Notes under the pieces: model-generated
What the model was told of the DNA's origin: nothing
Database searches by the model: none
The model's input: the letters and a program-made list of their open reading frames with translations, nothing else
Position numbers and translations under genes: made by a program
Part shown: in pieces, positions 1 through 8,967 of the stretch
How the letters are laid out: each line of letters starts with the position of its first letter
Position numbering within the stretch: position 1 is the stretch's first letter
Origin: Candidatus Fermentibacteraceae bacterium
Lineage (GTDB): Bacteria > Fermentibacterota > Fermentibacteria > Fermentibacterales > JCC-6
NCBI GenBank assembly: GCA_041686025.1
Contig: JAWLEP010000002.1
Location: forward strand, 40,971-73,570
Reading direction: 5' to 3'
DNA: 32,600 bases

Positions 1-1616
1 GGGTATCCGGCCGGACCGGAGGAGAAGCTCCCCACGTACCCTATGCCCAGGGCCTCCAGGCCGGGCATCTCCAGGGATCCCACGCTCAGGCTGCCGGCGA
101 CGCTCACCGTCCCGGCGAAGCCCATTCGAGTCCGGCCGCCGAATCGGACATCGCCGGCCACCGTGCTGTCGAGCCTGGCCGAGGCCGCGGAGACGCTTCC
201 CTCCGCCGAGAGCCGCCGCCGGTCCCCCTCCACGCCCACACGGAAGGAGAGCCCGCTGACCATGGGCAGCGGAAGGTCGGCGGAGAGGTCCTCCAGCATG
301 CTGCTGTCGGAGAGGCGCCCGGAGACGGTGCCCCGGTAGGAGACGGGCACCATTCCCTCCCCCAGAACCGCCCCGCCGTCCACCTCCGCGGACCCCCCGG
401 GGGTGTGGAGGACCCCCTGCAGGGACGCGGAGCTGCGGCTGACGCTGCCGCTGAGAGTGCCGCTGTTGACCACGACCGGCCCGGCCCGGCCGCCGGAGAG
501 GATGGCCGACAGGTTCAGGTACCCGGGATCCGTCCCGCTTCCCGAACCGTCCAGGGAGACGGTCCCCGAAAGTGACGTGGACGGGGCGCCCTCCAGCAGC
601 GCCGACAGGTCCGCCCCGTTCAGGGAGGCCTCCGCCACGGCGGTCCAGGAAAGGTCCGAAAGCCTGATGCCGCCCCCGGCGTGGAGGGAAACCCCTCCCC
701 TGGAGACCCGCACCCCCTCCACGCGGGCCGAATCCGGCGACACCAGCAGGCTGTCCACGCTGAAGGCCGTCATCTCCCCGTCCGGGGCGGCCTCCGCCTC
801 CGGCACCGAGACCGCGACCTCCAGTGCTGAAAGCGGCCCGGAGACCCTGCCGTCGAAAACCACCCTCAGGGGGAAGTCCAGCCATCGTATGTCGGGCCCG
901 GCGGCCCCGCTGATCCGGAGATCCAGCTCCTCCTCTCTGCCCCTGAGCTCGCCGCTGACCGTAGTACTGCCGGGGGCGGCCCGCACGGTGAAGCCGTCCG
1001 CAAGTGCCAGGCACTCACGCATTCCCAGGGAACCGCTTCCGGTGAGCCTTCCCAGCTCCGGCAGCACCGCCGCCACGCTGTCCACGGCCAGTTCGACTCC
1101 CTCCCCCAGCGATACGGAGGTGGCTATGGACATGCTGTCCACCAGGGGTCTTCCACCCTCGTGGACGATGCCGTACTCCAGCGTAAGCAGGTCGGAGGAG
1201 GTTACAAAGCCGTTGCGGATCTCCTCCAGCATGCAGGCCAGGGTATCGGGCTCCTCCTCGGGGGAGGGGGCCGCTACCGCCACCTCCAGTCTGCCGACCC
1301 CGATGGAGTCCACGCCCGTACCCATGAGGTACGAGGGCACGCTTCCCCGGATCCGGGCCGGCACCACCCGGACCACCAGCCCTCCCTCCCCCCGGACCAC
1401 CACCGAGTCCACCGAGGTGCTCCAGAACAGGTCGCTTCTGAGGCCGTACACCCCCACCGAGACGTCTTCCCCGGAGGCAAGGCGGTGGATCAGCGAGGTG
1501 GCGACCCTGTCCAGCCATCCCGCGGCCAGGAAGACGTAGAGGTTCAGCACCAGCACGGCCAGGCCGGCCAGGGAGAGCAGGGGCATGAAACGGCGCCGGA
1601 CAGTGCGCGGAGCCAT
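1..1616 (-). CDS. TamB/AsmA-like translocation-and-assembly module protein, N-terminal part (runs off the window edge)
   Basis: Not in the ORF track because it has no stop in the window. ATG at 1616 overlaps the TGA of the upstream Omp85 gene (TGATG). Reads MAPRTVRRRFMPLLSLAGLAVLVLNLYVFLAAGWLDRVAT..., an N-terminal membrane anchor followed by long Gly/Ser/Val-rich beta-type sequence, open to position 1. Lies directly downstream of a TamA-like gene. Confidence 0.7.
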   Translation of the reverse strand, partial: MAPRTVRRRFMPLLSLAGLAVLVLNLYVFLAAGWLDRVATSLIHRLASGEDVSVGVYGLRSDLFWSTSVDSVVVRGEGGLVVRVVPARIRGSVPSYLMGTGVDSIGVGRLEVAVAAPSPEEEPDTLACMLEEIRNGFVTSSDLLTLEYGIVHEGGRPLVDSMSIATSVSLGEGVELAVDSVAAVLPELGRLTGSGSLGMRECLALADGFTVRAAPGSTTVSGELRGREEELDLRISGAAGPDIRWLDFPLRVVFDGRVSGPLSALEVAVSVPEAEAAPDGEMTAFSVDSLLVSPDSARVEGVRVSRGGVSLHAGGGIRLSDLSWTAVAEASLNGADLSALLEGAPSTSLSGTVSLDGSGSGTDPGYLNLSAILSGGRAGPVVVNSGTLSGSVSRSSASLQGVLHTPGGSAEVDGGAVLGEGMVPVSYRGTVSGRLSDSSMLEDLSADLPLPMVSGLSFRVGVEGDRRRLSAEGSVSAASARLDSTVAGDVRFGGRTRMGFAGTVSVAGSLSVGSLEMPGLEALGIGYVGSFSSGPAGY

Positions 1617-3418
1617 CAGAAGGCCTGCCCCAGCGCTATGTAGACCCGGCCCCGGCGCAGGCTCTCCCGCCAGGTGGGGGCGAAGCCGTAGTCCAGCCGT
1701 ATGGGGCCGAAGGGCGTGGAGACCCGAATGCCGATTCCCGTACCGAAGCCCGTGCTGCCGGCGGCTATCTCATCCGTGGTCTGCCACAGCCCGCCCACGT
1801 CCACGAACAGGGCGGTTCCCACGGGGCCCCAGACCGACACCCGCACCTCCGCGTTGCCCAGGGCCATCACCCGGCCGCCCAGGGGATTGCCCTCCTCGTC
1901 CTCCGGGCCGATGTCCCGGAAGCCGTAGCCGCGGACGGTGGAGCTTCCGCCCAGGTAGAAGCGGTCCTTGGGGGGGACTATGCTGCTCTCGCCGAAGGGG
2001 AAGACGGTGCCTCCCTTGAGCCTCCAGGCCAGCACCAGGCCGCGGGTCATGGTCCTCATCACCCGGGCCTCCCCCTCCAGCTTGTAGAAGTCGCGGCCGC
2101 CCAGGGGCCCTCCCGAGAGCTCGGCCCGCCCGGAGATGTAGTGTCCCCTCACCGGGTCCAGCAGGGGGTCCCTGGTGTCGTGGGCCAGCTGGGTCCAGAC
2201 CCGCGAGCTGGTTGTCCAGTCGGTCTCCTCGTATCCGCCTTCCTCCAGTCCCGCCCTGATCCTGTCCCGGTCCAGCGAGTAGCCCAGCCCCAGCTTGAGG
2301 TCCCGCGCCAGCTCGCGCTGGAGGCCGGTGCTGGTTTCGAGGCTCCTCTCCTCCAGGGACGGCAGCTGGAAGTAGGTGTAGCTGAGGCCCAGGTTCCACT
2401 CCCACCTGGTGGACAGGAACCAGGGCTCGGTGTAGGTCATCTCCGGCTCGAAGACGTCGCCTCCGTCCTTGCCCAGGTACCGCTTGTACGTGGCTCCTAT
2501 CCTCAGCCTCTGGTTGTTGCCCCAGATGTTGGGGTGCTCCCAGTAGGCACTGCCCAGGACGGCGTAGGGGGAGAGGTAGCCGGTGCCCAGGTCCACCCTG
2601 TGGTAGTCCTTCTCGGTCACCATCACCCGGACGTCCACGGTGTCGCTCTCCTCATCGAGACCGGGGTACTGGAACCGGACGTCGCGGAAGAGGCCCACCG
2701 AGTAGATGTCCCCCACCGATTCCCGGAGGAGGACCATGTTCAGCGAGTCGCCCCGGGCCAGGGGGATCTCCCGGGTGACCACCTGCTCGCGGACGGTCCT
2801 CAGCCCCTTCACCTCCACGTCCCCCATGTAGAGGCGGCTTCCCTCCTCCACGTGGCACTCCACGGTGCGCAGCACCCGGCCGGAGTCGGCCGCGGCGGTG
2901 TCTCCGCTGGCGGCGTAGACGTTCACCCTGGCCCTGGCGTACCCGTAGCGCTGGTAGAGGCTCTGTACGTCCTGTTCGAAGCGGCCCAGCGCCTCCGGGG
3001 TAACCGCGTCCCCCGGGTCCAGGGGGTACATGCCGGAGATCCTCTTGGGGGAGAAGACCCCCACCCCTCCCAGCACCACCCCCCCCGCCATGCTCTGCAT
3101 GCCCGGGCTGACGTCGACGGAGACCACCGACATGGTATCCCGCCAGGAGGGCCAGGTGACGGTCACCTCGGCTTCCAGGTACCCCCGGGAGACCAGGTTG
3201 GACATGATGGCCGACCGGACCTCGCTGCGGGTGATGGAAAAGAGGGAGGCCCCCTCCTCCAGGCCGGACCCGTCCAGGAGGTGGCCCCTGCCGAAGGGCA
3301 CGCGCCCGGTAACGGAGATGGAGTCCACAGTGGGCTCCTCGTACTCCGCAGCCGCAACCGGGCCCGCGGCGAGAGCCAGGAGGGCCAGGAACAGGAGGCT
3401 CTTGCTTCTATCAGTCAT
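1616..3418 (-). CDS. tamA: BamA/TamA (Omp85) family outer-membrane protein, ~600 aa, POTRA domains plus beta-barrel
   Basis: Start trimmed to ATG 3418 (MTDRSKSLLFLALLALAAGPVAAA, a signal peptide). POTRA-like segments (YQRYGYARARV; VEVKGLRTVREQVVTREI), barrel motif FYLGGSSTVRGY, and C-terminal signature TPFGPIRLDYG...YIALGQAF. Size and the TamB-like neighbour favour TamA over BamA. Confidence 0.85.
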   Translation of the reverse strand: MTDRSKSLLFLALLALAAGPVAAAEYEEPTVDSISVTGRVPFGRGHLLDGSGLEEGASLFSITRSEVRSAIMSNLVSRGYLEAEVTVTWPSWRDTMSVVSVDVSPGMQSMAGGVVLGGVGVFSPKRISGMYPLDPGDAVTPEALGRFEQDVQSLYQRYGYARARVNVYAASGDTAAADSGRVLRTVECHVEEGSRLYMGDVEVKGLRTVREQVVTREIPLARGDSLNMVLLRESVGDIYSVGLFRDVRFQYPGLDEESDTVDVRVMVTEKDYHRVDLGTGYLSPYAVLGSAYWEHPNIWGNNQRLRIGATYKRYLGKDGGDVFEPEMTYTEPWFLSTRWEWNLGLSYTYFQLPSLEERSLETSTGLQRELARDLKLGLGYSLDRDRIRAGLEEGGYEETDWTTSSRVWTQLAHDTRDPLLDPVRGHYISGRAELSGGPLGGRDFYKLEGEARVMRTMTRGLVLAWRLKGGTVFPFGESSIVPPKDRFYLGGSSTVRGYGFRDIGPEDEEGNPLGGRVMALGNAEVRVSVWGPVGTALFVDVGGLWQTTDEIAAGSTGFGTGIGIRVSTPFGPIRLDYGFAPTWRESLRRGRVYIALGQAF

Positions 3419-3529
3419 GTGCAGGAAGATAAGCACAGGCTGCGTTTTCAGGTAGTTGGGCGGCGGGGCTTGCCCCGGCCGGCCCGTCGCCCAATGGTGG
3501 GCTGTGGACCCGGAGCCGAAGGAGGCAGC

Positions 3530-4846
3530 ATGCGGGAGAAGCTGGGAGGGGACAGGCCGGTGGTGCTGCTGGCGGGCGGCACCGACCCCAGCGGGGGCGC
3601 CGGTCTGGCGGCGGACCTGAAGACGGTGGCCGCCCTGGGGTGCCACGGGTGCCTGGCGGTCACCGCGGTGACCGTTCAGAACAGCAGCGGCGTGCGGGAC
3701 TGGCGGGGCATGGGACCCGCGCTCTTCGGCGCCCAGCTGGAAGCCGTCTGTGACGACTGCTCGCCGGCGGCTGTGAAGAGCGGGATGCTGGGGAGCGGGG
3801 ACATGGCCTCCAGGCTGGCCGAGCTCCTCGAGGGCCGTCTCCGGGCTGCCCGGTACGTCCTGGACCCCGTGCTGGTGGCCGGCAGCGGCGACTCCCTGCA
3901 CGGTCCCGGTCTTGCGGAGGTGGTGGCGGAGCGTCTCCTTCCCAGGGCCGACCTGGTGACGCCCAATCTGGACGAGGCGGAGGCCCTCACCGGCCTGGAG
4001 GTCCGCAGCAGGGAAGCCATGGAGCGGGCGGGGAAGACCCTGTTCGATATGGGTGCCGGGGCGGCCCTGGTAAAGGGCGGGCACCTGGAGGGGGAGCCCG
4101 CCGACTACCTGGCGGCGGAGGGCGGGGGACGCTGGTACCCCGGCCGGCGGGTCTACCCGGGCAAGGTCCACGGTACCGGATGCACCCTGGGGTCGGCGCT
4201 GGCGGCTGGCCTGGCCCTGGGATACGACACGAAAACGGCCGTCTCCACCTCCCTCACCTACCTGCGGCAGACCATACGGGGAGGCGTGATGCTGGGCGGA
4301 GGGCCGGTGCCGGGCCATCTGCCGCCTGCAGGCCCCATGCCCGGGGAGCGCGACGGAGAGGCCTTCTACCTGGAGCCGCGGTTCTGCTCCCGCTGCGGCG
4401 CCTCCCTGCCGGGAGCCGGGCGCCGGCAGCCGGTATGCCCCGACTGCGGCATGGTGGCCTGGCGCAATCCACTGCCGGCGGTCACCCTGGTGGTCCGCCG
4501 GGGCCGGAAGGTGCTTCTGGTGAGGAGGGCGGTGGCCCCGGCCAGGGGTATGCTGTCGCTGCCCGGCGGATTCCTGGAGCTGGGGGAGACAGTCTGGCAG
4601 TGCGGCCGCAGGGAGCTCATGGAGGAGACCTCGCTGCGGGCCGGGAACCTCCGGCTGGTGGGAACGGAGGTGGACGACACCGCCTACGGCGGCGTTGTCC
4701 TCTCCGTGCTGGAGGTGGAGGAGGTCTCCGGCGAGGCCCGGGCGGGGGACGACGCCTCGGAGGTGCTGTGGATGGAACCCTCCCGGGCCCCGGAGCTGGC
4801 CTTCGCGGCCCACAACAGGATCGTCGCCGGGCTGGCGGGCGATTGA
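3530..4846 (+). CDS. thiD: Hydroxymethylpyrimidine/phosphomethylpyrimidine kinase (ThiD) fused to a zinc-ribbon Nudix hydrolase, 438 aa
   Basis: AAGGAGG RBS at 3519-3525 before ATG 3530. ThiD motifs GTDPSGGAGLAADLKT, TAVTVQN, VKSGML, LDPV, TPNLDEA, LVKGGH, HGTGCTLGSA. These are followed by CSRC...CPDC, NPLPAV and the Nudix box GGFLELGETVWQCGRRELMEETSL. Confidence 0.9.
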   Translation: MREKLGGDRPVVLLAGGTDPSGGAGLAADLKTVAALGCHGCLAVTAVTVQNSSGVRDWRGMGPALFGAQLEAVCDDCSPAAVKSGMLGSGDMASRLAELLEGRLRAARYVLDPVLVAGSGDSLHGPGLAEVVAERLLPRADLVTPNLDEAEALTGLEVRSREAMERAGKTLFDMGAGAALVKGGHLEGEPADYLAAEGGGRWYPGRRVYPGKVHGTGCTLGSALAAGLALGYDTKTAVSTSLTYLRQTIRGGVMLGGGPVPGHLPPAGPMPGERDGEAFYLEPRFCSRCGASLPGAGRRQPVCPDCGMVAWRNPLPAVTLVVRRGRKVLLVRRAVAPARGMLSLPGGFLELGETVWQCGRRELMEETSLRAGNLRLVGTEVDDTAYGGVVLSVLEVEEVSGEARAGDDASEVLWMEPSRAPELAFAAHNRIVAGLAGD

Positions 4847-4906
4847 CGCGGAAGCCGGCAACCGGTTGATTCAGTCCGAGGACACTCGAAAACGAAAGGA
4901 GCCTTC

Positions 4907-5119
4907 ATGGCTATGGTGAAGTGCGCCTGGTGCGACGGTACGGGCACCGACGGCCCCGGCAACTCGCCGTGCGACATCTGCGGAGGCGACGGATACCTCA
5001 ACGTCCCCGAGCCCCCCACCAAGTGCGGAAGGTGCAACGGCACCGGAAGGATAAGGAACGAGGTTACCGAAGAGGTCTCCAGGTGCTCGGGGTGCGGCGG
5101 GTCGGGCTGGGCCAGCTGA
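4907..5119 (+). CDS. Small stand-alone DnaJ-type cysteine-rich zinc-finger protein (4 x CxxCxGxG), 70 aa
   Basis: GAAAGGAG RBS upstream. Motifs CAWCDGTG, CDICGGDG, CGRCNGTG, CSGCGGSG. No J-domain HPD motif. Confidence 0.85.
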   Translation: MAMVKCAWCDGTGTDGPGNSPCDICGGDGYLNVPEPPTKCGRCNGTGRIRNEVTEEVSRCSGCGGSGWAS

Positions 5120-5126
5120 CCGCTGT

Positions 5127-7925
5127 CTAGTCCCCGCCGGGTCTCAGGACCCGTGACAGCAGGTCGCGCAGCTCCTTCATGGTGTAGGGCTTGGCGATGC
5201 AGTCCACAAAGCCGTAGTCTGCGTAGTCGGACATCACCGGATCGTTGGAGTAGCCGCTGGAGACCACCAGCCTGGCCGAGGGGTCCATCTTCACTATCTC
5301 GCCGGCCGCGGCCGCCCCGCCCATTCCGCTCCGCACGGTGAGATCCATGATCACCGCGTCGAAGGGGCTTCCGCCTTCCAGGGCTGCTTCGTAGGCCGTT
5401 ATGGCCGCGCGGCCCTCGGTCGCCTTCTCCACCGTGCATCCCAGGGCCTCTATGAGCTGGCCGGCGGTGCTCAGCACCGACCTGTCGTCGTCCATGAGGA
5501 GCACCCGGCCCTCCAGCGGGCTGTCCGGGGACGTTCCCCCGGTCTCCTGCGGCCTGCTGTCGGCTGCGGGGAGCAGGATGGTGAAGCAGGTGCCCCTGCC
5601 GGGGTTGGACACCACGTCGATGTGCCCACCATGCCGGCTCACTATGGAGTGGGTGGTGGCCAGACCCAGCCCGCTTCCCTCCCCCTTCGTGGTGAAGTAG
5701 GGGTCGAATATCCGCGGCAGCATGTTTTCGGGTATCCCCGTTCCCTGGTCCTCTATCTCGATCCTCACGTAGTTGCCCGCGGATGCCGGGAAGTCCTCCT
5801 TGCCGTTCACCCGCTGGTTGCTCAGGCGAATGGAGATGGTCCCTCCCGAGGGCATGGCCTGGCGCGAGTTCAGCACCAGGTTGTTCACCACCTGGCTGAT
5901 CTGGGCCTCGTCGGCCTGCACCGGCCACAGCCCGTCCTCCGCCCGGAAATGCATCTCGCAGTTGGTCCCGCTGAGAACGAACCCGGCGGTATCCCGGATC
6001 ATGTCCGTTATCCGCATGGGCCGGGCCACGGGCGCCCCGCCCCGGGAAAAGGTCAGAAGCTGCCGGGTGAGCCCCCTGGCGCTCACCGCCGCCCGCTCCA
6101 CCTCCCCCAGGATCTCCCGATTCCTGTCGGGGTCGGAGTGGAGCTTGGACAGCTCCAGGCCGGAGAGGATGGCGGTGAGGGAGTTGTTGAAGTCGTGGGC
6201 AATTCCTCCCGCCAGGACGCCCAGGGACTCCAGCCGCTGGGCCCTGGCCTTCTCCTCGGCCAGGCGCCGCTCCCAGGTGGTGTCCCGCAGGATGACGACG
6301 AAGCCCTCGCTGGGCCCGCTGAGGCAGCGGACGCTTAGGCGCATGGGCCTGGTGCGGTCCGGTCCGTGACAGAAGGCGCACTCGATGGTCTTCTGCCCCC
6401 CATCCTCCAGCGAACCGGTCCCCGCCCTGGCGATCCTCTGCCAGGAGAGCGGCTCCCGGGAGTCCGGCTCCAGGAGCGTCATGCAATCCAGCAGACCCTT
6501 TCCCGTGGCGGTCCGGAGGGGAATGTCCGTAAGGTCCTCGGCGGCCCGGTTGAAGAAGAGCACGTTCCCGGAGAGGTCCGTGGTGATCACCGCGTCCTCG
6601 ATGGTCGACAGGGTCACCTCCAGCTTCTCCTTCTCGGTGGCCAGGCGGCTGCGGAAGCGCTCGGCGGAGACGGCGGCGGACACCAGCCTGGCAGCAATGG
6701 CGCATGCGTCCACCACGGGATGGGGAAAGGCGCCGCTGCGGTCGGAGGTGAGCAGAAGGCAGCCCCAGGGGCTGCCGCCCACCTTCACCGGCATGGCCAG
6801 GCAGGACTCGCACCAGTCCTCCAGCAGATCGGACAGACCTTCGGGCAGCCGGCTGCAGGTGCCCGAGAAGGGCCCGTCCCTGCGGGCCAGCCTTGCTATC
6901 AGGCCGGGGCCCGGGGACTCCTCCAGGGCCCGGATCATCTCCTCGGCCGCGGGGGGAGCGCCGGGAGAGACGAAGACCGGACCAATGTCGTCGTTGCCCA
7001 CCAGCAGCATTGCGGCGGTCGAGTCGGTGGACCCGGCGATGCGGTCCAGAACCTCCCCGATGCTTTCCCGCCAGGGAATGGTGCTCAGGAACAGGGTGGA
7101 GACGACGCTCACGGCCTCCAGGACCCGCTCCCGGGCGGATAGCTCGTCCAGGACCTGCTGCCTCCTGGTGATGTCGTGGACCCTGGCCTGCACCAGGGTC
7201 CGGTCGGCCAGCTCCACCCTCACCAGGCTCACCTCCGCGGGGAAATCGGTCCCGTCGCCGCGGCGATGCGTCCAGGTGAAGAACTGGGGCCGGCCCTCCA
7301 GGGCCGCCCCGATCCGCTCCATGGCCATCTCCCGGGAGCTGCCTCCGGAGGGCTGGGTGGGGGGCGACAGCTCCCAGGGACGGGCGTTGAGCACCGTCTC
7401 GCGGTCTACGCCGAAGATCCTCTCGGTGGCCCTGTTGCAGTCGATGAACCTCTCGTCATCCATCACGAAGAGGGCGTCGCCCGCGTTCTGGAAGAGGGAC
7501 CTGTGCATGGCCTCGCTGCGGGCGAGGTCGCGGCGGGCCTTCCGGGCGTAGGTTACGTCCTGCAGGATGCCCCTCAGGCCCGCCAGCCCGCCCCGGGAGT
7601 CCCGAATCGCCCGCACGCTCTCCTCCACCCAGATCCGGGTGCCGTCGCGCCGCCGCATCTCGCGGGTGCGCTGGGAGACCACGTCCCTCTCCTCCAGCTC
7701 GCGGCGCAGCTCCGCGGCGTCCTCGGGATGCACGTAAAGGTCGATGGCCCGGACATCCAGCATATCATCCGGGTGGTGGTAGCCGAACATGGCCGCCATC
7801 TCCGGGTTGGCCCGCAGTATCCTCCCGGCCTCGGAGGTGTGGTATACCCCTACCGGGAGGCTGTCCAGCAGCTCCGAGTCGCCTGCGGGACCATCGGGTA
7901 TTCCTTCCCGGCCGGGCCCGCTCAT
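5127..7925 (-). CDS. Cytoplasmic hybrid sensor histidine kinase/response regulator (PAS-PAS-GAF-like-PAS-HisKA-HATPase-REC), 932 aa
   Basis: PAS/PAC motifs (ANPEMAAMFGY...RRRDGTRIWV; CNRATERIFG...RRGDGTDFPAEV), H-box AGGIAHDFNNSL, N-box QVVNNLVLNS, DQGTGI, FDPYFTTK, GSGLGL, receiver LLMDDD...VIMDLT...IAKPY. No transmembrane segment seen. Confidence 0.93.
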   Translation of the reverse strand: MSGPGREGIPDGPAGDSELLDSLPVGVYHTSEAGRILRANPEMAAMFGYHHPDDMLDVRAIDLYVHPEDAAELRRELEERDVVSQRTREMRRRDGTRIWVEESVRAIRDSRGGLAGLRGILQDVTYARKARRDLARSEAMHRSLFQNAGDALFVMDDERFIDCNRATERIFGVDRETVLNARPWELSPPTQPSGGSSREMAMERIGAALEGRPQFFTWTHRRGDGTDFPAEVSLVRVELADRTLVQARVHDITRRQQVLDELSARERVLEAVSVVSTLFLSTIPWRESIGEVLDRIAGSTDSTAAMLLVGNDDIGPVFVSPGAPPAAEEMIRALEESPGPGLIARLARRDGPFSGTCSRLPEGLSDLLEDWCESCLAMPVKVGGSPWGCLLLTSDRSGAFPHPVVDACAIAARLVSAAVSAERFRSRLATEKEKLEVTLSTIEDAVITTDLSGNVLFFNRAAEDLTDIPLRTATGKGLLDCMTLLEPDSREPLSWQRIARAGTGSLEDGGQKTIECAFCHGPDRTRPMRLSVRCLSGPSEGFVVILRDTTWERRLAEEKARAQRLESLGVLAGGIAHDFNNSLTAILSGLELSKLHSDPDRNREILGEVERAAVSARGLTRQLLTFSRGGAPVARPMRITDMIRDTAGFVLSGTNCEMHFRAEDGLWPVQADEAQISQVVNNLVLNSRQAMPSGGTISIRLSNQRVNGKEDFPASAGNYVRIEIEDQGTGIPENMLPRIFDPYFTTKGEGSGLGLATTHSIVSRHGGHIDVVSNPGRGTCFTILLPAADSRPQETGGTSPDSPLEGRVLLMDDDRSVLSTAGQLIEALGCTVEKATEGRAAITAYEAALEGGSPFDAVIMDLTVRSGMGGAAAAGEIVKMDPSARLVVSSGYSNDPVMSDYADYGFVDCIAKPYTMKELRDLLSRVLRPGGD

Positions 7926-8854
7926 CCCCGGAGGTCCTCCAGCGTCCTGCGCAGGTCCTCGGGGGTTCCCGTTCCATAGGTGGTGACGTCGCGGTTGCGT
8001 CGCAGAAGGCCCTGCAGGACCGAACCGGGGCCCACCTCCACGAACACGTCGCAGCCGTCCTCGATGAGCCTCTCCATCGACCGCGCCCAGAGCACGGGGG
8101 ACACCACCTGCCTGCGCAGCAGGTCCGCCGCCTGCTCTCCGCTCTCCAGGTAGTCGGCGGTGACGTTGGCCACCAGGGGGAGCGAGGGGTCGGCGAAGTC
8201 GGTGGAGGCCAGCTCCCGGCCCAGCCCCTGGGCCGCCTCCTTCATCAGCGGCGAGTGCCAGGCTCCGGAGACCTTCAGGGGGATGGCCCGGCGGGCGCCC
8301 ATCTCACGGCAGAGCTCCCCGGCCTTTCGAAGCGGCTCGCTGGCCCCGGAGATCACCACCTGGCCGGGGGAGTTCATGTTGGCGATGCCCACCGGTCCCA
8401 GGGCGGAGGCCTTCTCGACGCAGGCCCCGGTCTCCTCGAGGCCTATGCCCAGAAGGGCCAGCATGCCTCCCGGGTAGCGGGAGGCGCACTCCTGCATCAG
8501 CTCGCCCCTCCGGGCTGTGAGCCGGAGGGCGTCCGCGCCGTCGATCACGCCGGCGGCCGCCAGCGCCGAGTACTCCCCCAGGCTGTGGCCGGCAACCGCG
8601 TCGGCCTCTATGCCCGCCTCCCGCAGAACGGCCAGCGTGGCCAGGCTGACCAGGGTTATGGCGGGCTGCACGTTGTCGGTCCTGGTGAGGAGGTCCTCCG
8701 GACCCTGCGAGATCAGCTCCGACAGAGGGGCACCGTGTCCCAGGCCCTCCGCCATCTTCAGGACGGCGTCCGCGGCTCCGCTGCCCCGGAGGTGATCGTC
8801 CATTCCCACCTTCTGCGACCCCTGGCCGGGGAATAGAAAAGCGGTCCTGCCCAT
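7922..8854 (-). CDS. fabD: Malonyl-CoA:ACP transacylase
   Basis: FLFPGQGSQ, QPAI, catalytic GHSLGEY, RGELM, NSPGQVVISG, VSGAWHSPLM, EVGPG. GAGGAG RBS upstream. Confidence 0.96.
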   Translation of the reverse strand: MGRTAFLFPGQGSQKVGMDDHLRGSGAADAVLKMAEGLGHGAPLSELISQGPEDLLTRTDNVQPAITLVSLATLAVLREAGIEADAVAGHSLGEYSALAAAGVIDGADALRLTARRGELMQECASRYPGGMLALLGIGLEETGACVEKASALGPVGIANMNSPGQVVISGASEPLRKAGELCREMGARRAIPLKVSGAWHSPLMKEAAQGLGRELASTDFADPSLPLVANVTADYLESGEQAADLLRRQVVSPVLWARSMERLIEDGCDVFVEVGPGSVLQGLLRRNRDVTTYGTGTPEDLRRTLEDLRG

Positions 8855-8967
8855 GTCGTCTCCTCGGTTTGGCTTCCGATCTGCTCTCCGGCCGCAGCCC
8901 GGCCGGTCTCGGGATGCTCACATACCATGTGGATATAGTCCAGAGAGGGAACCGGGCAAGGGCTGCC

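Noticed and set aside
2141..3529. Long upstream extension of the thiD ORF (901 aa in the track)
   Set aside because: Antisense to tamA with no recognisable motifs. A strong RBS marks ATG 3530.
3419..3529. TPP riboswitch upstream of thiD
   Set aside because: No CTGAGA or other TPP aptamer core is visible in the 111-bp gap.
3419..4861. 480-aa N-terminal extension of the Omp85 ORF (1081 aa in the track)
   Set aside because: It is the antisense shadow of thiD-Nudix. The signal peptide begins at ATG 3418.
4684..6813. 709-aa alternative-frame ORF over the kinase; similar long ORFs at 10825-12669, 16136-18226, 21132-22925 and 25996-27861
   Set aside because: Pro/Gly/Arg-rich or antisense frames are expected in very high-GC coding DNA. 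Each overlaps a well-supported gene and shows no domain motifs.
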